Source of the DNA: Albugo candida
Taxonomy: Eukaryota
DNA: 20,000 bases
Direction: 5' to 3'
Assembly (NCBI GenBank): GCA_040437565.1
Contig: JBDOQK010000010.1
Span: forward strand, 619,316 to 639,315
Each line of letters starts with the position of its first letter. The first letter of the stretch is position 1. The translations under genes were made by a program, and so were the position numbers. The notes beneath the pieces are model-generated. The model saw nothing but the letters and a program-made list of their open reading frames with translations, had not been told where the DNA came from and searched no databases. Positions 1 to 9,133 of this stretch are shown piece after piece.

Positions 1-999
1 AGCTGCGAATGGGATTCCACATTGTTTCAAGAGTTCTTTCGAAGCAGGAACGTGATTGAGTGTCGGACGAATAAAGCGAGGATTGCAGCAGCCTTCATCG
101 AGACAGACGTAGTCGCTGGACGCGGGAGGTGGCATCGTCACAGTATGGCCGGATGCCACATACTGAATGCGTTCCGGGGAGACAATCGGTCGAGGAATTT
201 GAGACGGATCAATACGTTGTTTCTGCTGAGGAGCGTACCCGCCAGCAGGCGGAATCGATGCATTATTTCCACTTGGAAATGAATTGGGAGCGGTAGTAGG
301 ATTGCCATATCCTTGCTGATACTGCATGGCATTCGGTCCATTTCCGTGCATAGTGGGAGGCATTCCCGGTGGCATCGAATATTGTGGTGGTGGATGGGTT
401 CCTGGTGGACCGTACATTTGATTTGAAGCAGCAGTGATTCCAGGCGATTGTCCCATTGGCGGCATTGATGGAGTATTTGGCATATTCGGAGGCATTGGAT
501 TGTTGTTGGGCGGAGGATTCGCCATTGGAGGTCCACCAAAAAGCCCACGATTCGGCATTCCTCTTTGTGCCGCTACTGGAGCGCCCAAACTCGATGGACC
601 ACTCATTCTTTGGGGGAGAGGAACTTGAGTCTGCTCTCTATTTTCAACTCGTTGAGGTGGTATCATTGTCTGCGAACTCGATCGCTGCATTGGCGGGGCA
701 CCATACCCTCCGATGGATCGTGGGGGTCCCGGAGGACCTTGTTGGAAATTTGATGGCCCGCCCCCATGACTCATGGGTCCCTGGGGGGCATTTCCCCGCA
801 TAGGACCACGAAATGCGTGATGAGACCCGGCTTGATCGAATGGCTGGGTGTTGAAACCCCCATGTGCCCCATTTTGTGGCTGTTGTGCGCTCACAGAAGA
901 TGGATAAGCCTGTGAGGGATGAGAGCCTCGAGGGGGAGGCTGTTGATTTTGAGGAATGGAGGGACCTCCAGGCGGAAAACGCGGTTGAGGAGGAATACC
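1..999 (-). CDS. SEC24: Sec24C/D-type COPII coat cargo adaptor, partial: Pro/Gly/Gln-rich N-terminal region plus the start of the conserved core. It runs off the left edge, and the start codon lies in or beyond the gap at 1002-1101.
   Basis: Manual minus-strand translation is open from 999 to 1: GIPPQPRFPPGGPSIPQNQQPPP...QQKQRIDPSQIPRPIVSPE...MPPPASSDYVCLDEGCCNPRFIRPTLNHVPASKELLKQCGIPFAA. The IDPxQIPRP, PPP-x-SDY and D-x-G-x-C-x-PRF-x-R-x-T motifs are characteristic of the Sec24C/D (LST1/CEF) subfamily. It is absent from the ORF track because no stop lies within the window. Confidence 0.9.
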
Positions 1000-1001
1000 T
1001 G

Positions 1002-1101
1002 NNNNNNNNNNNNNNNNNNNNNNNNNNNNNNNNNNNNNNNNNNNNNNNNNNNNNNNNNNNNNNNNNNNNNNNNNNNNNNNNNNNNNNNNNNNNNNNNNNN
1101 N
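1002..1101. other. Scaffold gap (100 N)
   Basis: Run of exactly 100 N, with no visible duplication across it. Confidence 0.99.
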
Positions 1102-1192
1102 TAGCACACCTTGCGGGTTACAACTGCGGTGGTATTTGCAACAGCATTGCGTTGTTGTGGAGAAGCTTCTGAGAGAAAACTCATAAAGATGG

Positions 1193-1203
1193 TGCGGAAA
1201 TGA
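1193..1203 (-). promoter_or_regulatory. Possible initiator (INR)-like element for the Sec24 gene
   Basis: The minus strand reads TCATTTCCGCA just upstream of an ATG at 1184. This is only a partial match to the oomycete INR/FPR consensus TCATTYYNCAWTTT. Confidence 0.3.
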
Positions 1204-1703
1204 CGCATGTACGCATGCGTACGGATGTTTGCTGGAAAGAGCTTTAGACCATGTATTGTGTTAACAGCGACATACTCTATGCTCGAGATATAATGCACTG
1301 TCATTTGTCTGCTCTACCGACACTTTGTATAGCTCAAAGACGCCTTTGTACTTGCACGCTACTCGCTTCCATCCTGTCTTTTACATCGTCTTTGTACCTG
1401 CTTCAGCCCGCCGACAGCCAGCAGCTATATAGCAGTAATGAAAGGATATCACGTAATCAAGGTTCCCATTTACGGTAATGTCCCTAATGATATCTTTGAG
1501 TGGCTAAAATCCATCATTAGTATGAACTGAATACTTTCCGAATACTTGTATCGATTTTGACGAATTCCCAAAGCATTTGTTCTATTCATTACTCGCATAC
1601 TTTTTCGTGGCGTGCACGCAAGGCCGCGCTTTTACTCCGTTTACACTTTACTGCATACAAAATCAAAGTGCAGCGGCGATGTTGCACCACAGCTTTTAAT
1701 GAC

Positions 1704-1717
1704 TCATTTCACATTTT
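1704..1717 (+). promoter_or_regulatory. Oomycete INR+FPR core promoter element
   Basis: TCATTTCACATTTT matches TCATTYYNCAWTTT exactly and lies 50 bp upstream of the ATG at 1768. Confidence 0.7.
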
Positions 1718-1767
1718 CTCCTTTTTGAAGCGCTTCTTCCTTCCATTCACATCCTCTTCAAACCCTC

Positions 1768-2511
1768 ATGCTACGTGCACTCCAAGCAGCCCACAAAGAC
1801 GCTCAAGAGTCCCACGCCAAGATCGGCTTCATCTTAGCCGTCATAGTGCTACTTATCGTTCTCACATTCCTCATATTGTACTTGAAACAACGCAATCGGA
1901 AGCGACCCCAACAGCTCAAATCAACGGATGAGATCGCAACTCCCTCCGAACAAACACAAACGACCGTATCGCCAAAAACGAGTTTCACCGATGGGAACGG
2001 CGTACTCCTACTCCCGAGACAGTCCATTCAAACGGATGACACACAGAAAACCTCGGGGCTTTATGCTTCCACCGGCGGAAGCGCAATGGAGCCATCCAAT
2101 AAAGCCGGTATTCTTCTGTGCGATCTACGGGCCAGTGCATTCAGAAATCAGCATGAAAGACGAGCAATGGATAGCACGTTATCTCGTTCGTCGTCTGTGG
2201 GTCTTAGTTCCGAGAGTTCGATCGTAAGACCGAGTCAAGTCGCCACAGCCGCTGCGATTAGCGCTGGTCTCGGGCTCGTACTCGACGAATACAGCCAACA
2301 TGACGTCGAAGAGAATACAATGCTGCAAAAGCGTTATTTCGGGTCGATGAGCAGCTTTGCCTCCGACACAAGCATGTCCTTTGCACGCGCCTCCATCGCG
2401 TCTTCCGTCCCGGAGGATTGTGACATTTATGACGGACAATTCCCATCCAGTGCGTCGCTCCATAGCGGCGTCTTACACGCAGCGGACCTCCGCGTATCGA
2501 CAGAGTTTTAA
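1768..2511 (+). CDS. Hypothetical single-pass membrane protein (247 aa) with a Ser-rich, probably disordered tail
   Basis: ATG-initiated ORF. The hydrophobic helix IGFILAVIVLLIVLTFLILYL is followed by the basic cluster KQRNRKR (positive-inside rule). An INR/FPR element lies upstream. Confidence 0.75.
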   Translation: MLRALQAAHKDAQESHAKIGFILAVIVLLIVLTFLILYLKQRNRKRPQQLKSTDEIATPSEQTQTTVSPKTSFTDGNGVLLLPRQSIQTDDTQKTSGLYASTGGSAMEPSNKAGILLCDLRASAFRNQHERRAMDSTLSRSSSVGLSSESSIVRPSQVATAAAISAGLGLVLDEYSQHDVEENTMLQKRYFGSMSSFASDTSMSFARASIASSVPEDCDIYDGQFPSSASLHSGVLHAADLRVSTEF

Positions 2512-2584
2512 TTCCGATATTAATAGACAAATTTGAGCATATTTATGTCATCGTTTCAAGCCTTTTCCTCTCCGTCGCGTCGAT

Positions 2585-5040
2585 ATGAGTGATCGAGCGC
2601 TTGCCAAAAAAGATGAATGCGTTCGTGTGATGGTCCGTATCCGTCCTCCAAGCAGCAAAGAGCTGCAGGATGGACGTCAGATCGTCGCTATCGCTGACTT
2701 TGATCGAGCGGATATCACACTTTGTAATCCGTCGGGCACCGAAGGCCCGAAATCCTTCACCTACGACGCCGCTTTCGGCTCGGAATCGACTCAGCAGCAA
2801 GTGTACGATACCGCTGCCATTGGGATCGTAGAAGCTGTCATGGAAGGCTACAACGGCACAATCTTTGCGTACGGGCAGGTACAATGTCTCACAGTGTCAG
2901 AGGCTCCAACTCTTATGTTTTGCGCAAGACTGGCGCTGGAAAATCACACACAATGGAAGGAACTACCGAACAGCCTGGAATCATTCCCAATTCATTCAAA
3001 CACATTTTCGATAAGGTAGCAATTGCCAAACATAAAAGGATTCTCGTACGTGCTTCCTACCTGGAAATCTACAATGAAGAAATACGCGATTTGCTCTCCA
3101 AAGACCCGAAAGCGCGACTCGACCTTAAAGAGGTATCCATCGCTTCCTCTTACGCGCAGAGACTTTTCTTATTCTCGTAGAACGTGGACGCTGGCGTGTA
3201 CGTCAAAAGCCTCACGACTCAGGTCGTCAAGGACACTGCTGAGATCGATTATGTGATGCAAATGGGCAAGAAGAATCGAAGCGTAGGCGCCACACTGATG
3301 AACCAAACATCCTCTCGATCACACTCTATCTTTACGATCGTCGTGGAGACGCTCAGTGAGAACTCTGACGATGGAAAAGAACACGTTTGTGTCGGGAAAC
3401 TGAACCTCGTCGATCTCGCAGGCTCGGAGCGTCAGTCGAAAACAGGAGCGACTGGAGATCGACTTCAGGAAGCCAACAAAATCAATCTGTCGCTGTCGGC
3501 GCTGGGGAATGTGATATCGTCTCTTGTCGATGGGAAATCAAAGCACATTCCGTATCGAGACTCGAAACTAACGCGGTTGCTGCAAGACTCTCTCGGTGGC
3601 AATACAAAGACGATTATGATTGCAAATTGTGGGCCTGCCGACTACAATTACGAAGAAACACTGACCACCTTACGCTACGCGAGTCGAGCGAAAAACATCA
3701 AGAACAAGCCCAAGATCAATGAAGACCCAAAGGATGCAATGATACGCGAATTCCAGGACGAAATCGAAGCGCTTAAAGCTAAATTACTTGCCATGCAAAC
3801 GTCGATCGCTGTCACTTTACCGCCAGAGATCAAAGAGGTTGAGAAGATTGTCGAAACGATTGTAATCGATCGAGGTCGAAGCCAAGAAGAAGCACATGCG
3901 CTCGTGGAAAAGACACGCAAGGAGAAGGAAGAAGTGCTTCGAAAAGCTCACAATGAGATGTCGTTGATTGCCAAGGATAAAGCAATTGCTGAGAAGGATA
4001 AACGGGAGATCGAGCTTCGTCTTCACCTCGAGGAAGAAGCTGCACGCGAGATGGAGAAGGAACAGAACGCTTTGGTCGCGAAACTCGCTTCTCTGCAAGA
4101 AAAACTGCTCGTTGGTGGCGAAATGATCACAAAAGCCGCTCAGCAGGAAGATCAATTGCGTCAGAAACAATTGGAATTGGAGGCTCGAAAGCAGCAGGAG
4201 CTCAGGCTTGCACGTGAGCTTGCTGAGCAGGAAGAGGCCAACCTCATGCGCGAGGAAAAGTACCAATCCTTGCAGGAAGAAGCCGATGCAAAGGCTCGTA
4301 AGCTCCGTAAAGTGTACGCTAAAGTGAAGGAAGCGGTCTCGGAAATGAAGCTGCTGGAAAAAGCTCAACATCGCGAGCGAGAAGATCTCATTGGAATCGT
4401 CAGACAGCTCACCGCTCAGCTAAAGCTCAAGACGCTGATTGTNNNNNNNNNNNNNNNNNNNNNNNNNNNNNNNNNNNNNNNNNNNNNNNNNNNNNNNNNN
4501 NNNNNNNNNNNNNNNNNNNNNNNNNNNNNNNNNNNNNNNNNNCGTAAAGTGTACGCTAAAGTGAAGGAAGCGGTCTCGGAAATGAAGCTGCTGGAAAAAG
4601 CTCAACATCGCGAGCGAGAAGATCTCATTGGAATCGTCAGACAGCTCACCGCTCAGCTAAAGCTCAAGACGCTGATTGTTGATGCTTTCATCCCTCCAGC
4701 GCAAGTGGCCACACTTGAAACTCGAGCCACGTACGTCTACGAAGAAGATGAGTACAAATTGGATCGTTTGGAGCTTGCAGGGAATTCTCTCCGTCAGCGT
4801 GAGACCCCGCGTTCCCGTGGGGAGCCCACAAGCTTAGACGCCGAGTATTTCCTCCACGAGCACGTCATTGTCGAGGAAGATGTTGCCAGTATGAGAGATC
4901 TCTTCTTTGTGTACGTATCCGACGAAGACGGGTATGCGCCTGTGGCATTAGCTCCAAAGACGAAGCCATCCAAAGCGAAGAAAAGCTCCCGTAAGCGAGT
5001 TGAAGGCTCCAGGGTCGGTAGAGTGAGGCAGGCAGCGTGA
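2585..5040 (+). CDS. KIF3: Kinesin-2 motor subunit (KIF3/FLA10/FLA8 family, anterograde IFT). Exons 2585-2878, 2929-3132 and 3181-5040; about 706 aa after removing the gap artefact.
   Basis: GT-AG introns at 2879-2928 (50 nt) and 3133-3180 (48 nt) restore the P-loop [13 protein letters not shown] and [14 protein letters not shown]. Motor motifs [14 protein letters not shown] and [20 protein letters not shown] are present. The neck [25 protein letters not shown] and the stalk/tail [14 protein letters not shown]...REREDL...[14 protein letters not shown] are kinesin-2 type. Confidence 0.93.
4306..4679. repeat. Exact 137-bp duplication (4306-4442 = 4543-4679) flanking a 100-N gap; likely unmerged contig overlap
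   Basis: Identical sequence on both sides of the N-run at 4443-4542. The 237 extra nt happen to preserve the reading frame. Confidence 0.92.
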
Positions 5041-5112
5041 ATGCATCCGCTAATGTAATAGAAAGCCTCGTGTATTAATAGTTCGACTGATTGCCCGAAA
5101 GGCTTCCAATTG

Positions 5113-6546
5113 ATGCATTCGTCTTCTTCGGAGAGCGTTGAATTTGACGATTTAAATGACAGTGTCCTCGTGCTGTTGGGCGATTCCGTCGGCATAGAGG
5201 CTGCAGATCCATCGGATGTGGCCACGTTGAGCGTTGTGGAAGCGGACGCGAGCTTTAAAAGCGTTTGTGAGCAGCTACAACAGACTCAAACGTTTGCGGA
5301 GCAGTGTATCGTACGCATGAACGCTCTCAAAGATCAACGACATCAAGCAGAGCTCGCATTGCTCGACAAGGAAGAGCGATTGGAAGACCTTCAATCGGCC
5401 TGGAAACACGAGAAAAGTGGCTGGGCAATTGAGCGGAAGGAGATGCAAGAGACCGTCTCCAAGGCTCATCTCCGTGAGATACAATTGCTCGATACCATTG
5501 ATCGTATGCGTCTGCATCGCCTCCAGCAATCGGTGCTTCTCAACGTCGAAAGGAACGGCCGGATGCTTGCCGATAAAGCGCTACAAGTCGAGACGAATCG
5601 ATATCATGAGAAGCTTCAAAGCTTCCAGGTAGAACATCATTCTGCACTCGACAGGAACGCGATCGAGACGAGTCTTCTACACGATCGATTGACACGCATC
5701 TCACGCCACTATGAGCGTCAACAACTGTGGAAGGAGGACACGCGATCCCACAAACTCGAGGCCGATGACGAGGTCCAAAAAAGTCGCTGGTTCCGTGCTC
5801 ACACTTTACAAAAGTTGACAGCGCTCAAAGACGTCGTCCAAAGCCTCAGCAAAGACCTCATCGATCTCCGCTATTCCTTTGCACACCACGTGCTACAGAC
5901 ACGTGAGCGATTGATGTCGTATCAGCCTCAACTCTCGAGCTTTGCTGAGCTTCAAACTGCTCGAAAATCGCATGTGTTGAAATTGGAGGCACGAGGTCGT
6001 CAGCTGGAAGAACGGCTTCGAAATGAGCGCAAAGTCGTCGCTCACGTGGACAACGAACTGAAGAAAACCATTCGATTGCGTGAGCGTAATGAGAATCAGC
6101 TGAAAGCGAAATTGGAAGAGCAGAAAGAATTTTTCAGTATCACAATCGCATTGAAAAATGGGCTTTTGGCGGAATTGCATGAGCGAAAAAATCGATTTCT
6201 CGCGTTGGAAAAAGAATTCGAAATATCTCAACGTGCCAAAGCCAAAGCTGTGCGTACGTGTTGGAATCTCAAGCAACAAATAAGTGCCATGCAACAAGGA
6301 TTTCTTCGCGAGATGGAGAAATATACGATCCAACATCAAAGACCTCAGCAGTCTGTCGATACAATTGGAACGAATTTCTGCTGGACGACGTGCGGTACGA
6401 TGCAAATGGAACGCTTACGACCTCACTGAGATGTCTGTGACCTCGTAGAATGGACAGAATTCACAGAGCTCATGTCGGTCCTCCAGGAAGAAGTGGAGCA
6501 CGCGTGTTTGAAAAAGGTCGAACGACCTGCTTTTATTCGCAATTAA
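5113..6546 (+). CDS. Hypothetical coiled-coil protein. Probable terminal intron at 6395-6448; the unspliced ORF would stop at 6429.
   Basis: Long E/K/Q/R/L-rich ORF from ATG 5113 (the track start at 5110 is TTG). The junction G|GTACGA...CTCGTAG|AA (54 nt) gives an in-frame last exon EWTEFTELMSVLQEEVEHACLKKVERPAFIRN*. The last exon is less certain than the body. Confidence 0.75.
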
Positions 6547-6804
6547 CGTTGGATGCAAGCTCCTCGGGACTCTGACGGAAGAACTCATACGCAAAAACGC
6601 CGACATTCTCGGGTTTCGCATCGAGAATTGCTCGCATAAACGCTTTGAGGAGCTTGTGCACATTCGGCTGACTCTGTAAATATCGCTCATTTTCCATCTG
6701 CAAAAAGACCTAAAAACACGTCAGATATCTCTCTCTCTTCCTCGTTCTCTCCTTACTTTGATCCGATCCAACGCCGCTTTCTCGCTTGAGTCTTGTGGCT
6801 TCAT
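6533..6804 (-). CDS. RIIAD1: RIIa dimerisation/docking-domain protein, RIIAD1-like (74 aa). Exons 6804-6757 and 6709-6533.
   Basis: The intron 6756-6710 (47 nt, GTAAGG...CTGAC...TTTTTAG) yields MKPQDSSEKAALDRIK|VFLQMENERYLQSQPNVHKLLKAFMRAILDAKPENVGVFAYEFFRQSPEELASNVNCE*. This is colinear with the RIIAD1 pattern K-x6-NE-x-YL...L-x3-F-x-R-x-I-x4-P-x-N-x3-FA-x2-[YF]F, recalled from the family rather than database-checked. Confidence 0.8.
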
Positions 6805-6883
6805 GAAGAATCGTTCCAGAAATAGAGGTCGTGTGCGTCAAATCAATTTGGAAGGAAGGCAGAAAGCTGATATATTACAGTCA

Positions 6884-8459
6884 TTACACAGTTGGCGTCT
6901 TGCAAGGTCGATATTCCGACATGCGATCTTCCTCGGACGTCGGGTGCACGCCGTCTTTTGACAATTTGCTCAATCGAATGTAGAAATCCTTGTCCAAATC
7001 CGCAAGCCCGAGATTGTTATCAAAGCAGCAATACCACGTCAGAGGAATGGAAAGAGCTGTGATCCCCGCAAAGCAGAAAAACGCCCCCGAGTACCCAAAC
7101 GCATCATTTTCGACCCAAATGGAAAACCCGAATGACCCCAATGCCGCACCGGCTTTACCTGCTGCTGCAGAGAAACCATGACAAGTGCCTCGAATGGGTG
7201 TTGGGAACATTTCTGTCGGCATCACAAAAGTCGTTGTGTTTGGACCGAAATTCGCGAAAAATAATATGAGACCGAAAAGGATGATAAACGCTACCGGACG
7301 GGTCTTTAGCTGATCCCACCACACACCCAACGACAGGAACAGTAGCGTCATCATGAAAAATCCCTGCAGCTGGATTTTCTTCCGGCCTAAGCGATTGATA
7401 TAATAACAGGCCACATAGTATCCCGGCAGCCCCATCATCGCGATAAAGACATTCTGAGTCGTAACTTGACGCAGGGAGGGATTCGACACGCCAATGACCG
7501 ATAAGATGCTCGCAGAGAATAAATTCTGAGCATAGAAAACGATATCGAATAAAAACCAAGTCCCAGCGGTGCCGAGTAAACTCTTCCAATAATTACCTCC
7601 GATGAATAATATCTTCTCCCTATTTGATACTTTCAGTGATGGAGTCTGAACCTCTTGCTCCTTTAATGCTTTATATGCTTCGGTTTCTTCGGCTTTGATT
7701 CGACTGTAGCAAATGGCACACGCTGGAATCACACCGATACCGAAGAGGATACGCCAGATTATCTCTAGATTTTGTGGATCATTGTCGCCTTTCGGCTGAT
7801 CGGCCAGTGATTCGACCAAAAGATTGCCGAAAATTGCCGCAGTCAATGATCCAACTCCCTGAAGCGAGAAAATCAATGCGACGCGGGAATTACGCTCAGC
7901 GACGTTGGTGCAGTCTTCCGCGGTCGACGCTGCAGCGAGCGGATACTCGCCGCCAATACCGATGCCAAGTATACCTCGAGCGACGACCAAGAAGTATAGT
8001 GTATAGATGGCAGANNNNNNNNNNNNNNNNNNNNNNNNNNNNNNNNNNNNNNNNNNNNNNNNNNNNNNNNNNNNNNNNNNNNNNNNNNNNNNNNNNNNNN
8101 NNNNNNNNNNNNNNGCCGCCAATACCGATGCCAAGTATACCTCGAGCGACGACCAAGAAGTATAGTGTATAGATGGCAGAACCAGCATAAGCGACAGTAC
8201 ATAAAATGCCACCAATTATTAATAAGCCACAGGTTGCAATCATTGTAATACGACGACCAAATACGTCTCCGAGGACACCAAATAACACTTGACCTATGAT
8301 TGCACCGATTAGCGCTGCGGCAGACACGGACGATTTCATATTTGTAGTATACGTTTTCTTAGTATACTGTTCTGTGAGGACCACATTGACCACATTCATC
8401 ACGAAGAGATCGTAAGCGTCATTAAAGAATCCGAGGCCGCGTACGGCAAAGTTATGCAT
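6884..8459 (-). CDS. PHO84: MFS inorganic phosphate:H+ symporter, PHO84/PHT1-like (paralogue 1); 469 aa after removing the gap artefact
   Basis: Joining the two track ORFs gives GLGFFNDAYDLF, GDVFGRR, GIGIGGEYPL, WFLFDIVFY, NFGPNTTTF and RGTCHGFSAAAGK. Removing the 100 N plus the 66-bp duplicate leaves 1410 nt in one frame. Confidence 0.92.
7949..8180. repeat. Exact 66-bp duplication (7949-8014 = 8115-8180) flanking a 100-N gap; likely assembly artefact producing a false frameshift
   Basis: Identical sequence on both sides of the N-run at 8015-8114. Confidence 0.92.
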
Positions 8460-9111
8460 GGCTAGGATAAGAGGAAGTGTCAGTTCATAGAGATAGCATA
8501 TTCGTAATGTGGTGAGGCTTTTACGTGACGATAGGTATCAAGATCCAGAGAGGGAGATTCATGGTATAGACACTAATACCTTATCATCCTATAGATCTCA
8601 TACTCTATACCAGTATAAACAAGATTCGTCTTTTGAAGAGTATACTCCAAGATGTATGCTCACTTCGTGCGACATTTTGCTGCCTTCTCGACTAATGTAT
8701 ACTATACACTTGACGCGGAATCCTCCCCAACATCGGCAGCCATCCACAGGCTTTTCTGAGAACATGAAAGCATTCTCGGCGTACCTCGATATTGCCAGAT
8801 TGCATAACGGTCGATCGGATTATAGAGCTGGAAACTCACCTCCTACTTTCTCCGAAACTAGCTTTAAACAGTGACTTTTCCTGTAGACGATCGTGCGCTA
8901 CCTCACGGCTTTTACAATCTGAGTCCTCCTTTATCGAGTGACAGTCCCACTCCCCTCAAACTCTGTCAAAGTCACTTCAATGAGGCTTCACGGGAGGCCA
9001 TCGAATCACTCAATCAACTTACAAGTGCGACAATCAAAATGTATGAGAGAGGTAGTTGTATGAAAGCTACAGACTCGATGGCGGACCACACTCCACCGAC
9101 GTACGACAAAT

Positions 9112-9125
9112 TCATTTTCCAATTT
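9112..9125 (+). promoter_or_regulatory. Oomycete INR+FPR core promoter element of the phosphatase gene
   Basis: TCATTTTCCAATTT matches TCATTYYNCAWTTT exactly and ends 8 bp before the ATG at 9134, which supports that start codon. Confidence 0.7.
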
Positions 9126-9133
9126 GATCAGCG

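Noticed and set aside
22..1001. Several short ORFs listed in the track over 22-1001
   Set aside because: They are shadow frames of the Sec24 coding sequence on the minus strand.
1768..1800. RALQ near the N-terminus as an RxLR-like effector motif
   Set aside because: There is no preceding signal peptide or EER motif, and a TM helix follows directly.
4306..4679. Apparent internal tandem duplication in the kinesin stalk
   Set aside because: The copies are identical and abut a fixed-length 100-N gap, which is typical of an unmerged contig overlap.
7873..8215. Apparent frameshift/pseudogene or programmed recoding in transporter paralogue 1
   Set aside because: Removing the gap and the 66-bp duplicate restores one frame colinear with paralogue 2.
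8460..8562. Possible upstream coding exon (ATG 8562, MNLPLWILIPIVT) for transporter paralogue 1
   Set aside because: The available GT donors are out of phase with the CCTAG acceptor, and the Met at 8459 aligns with the start of paralogue 2.
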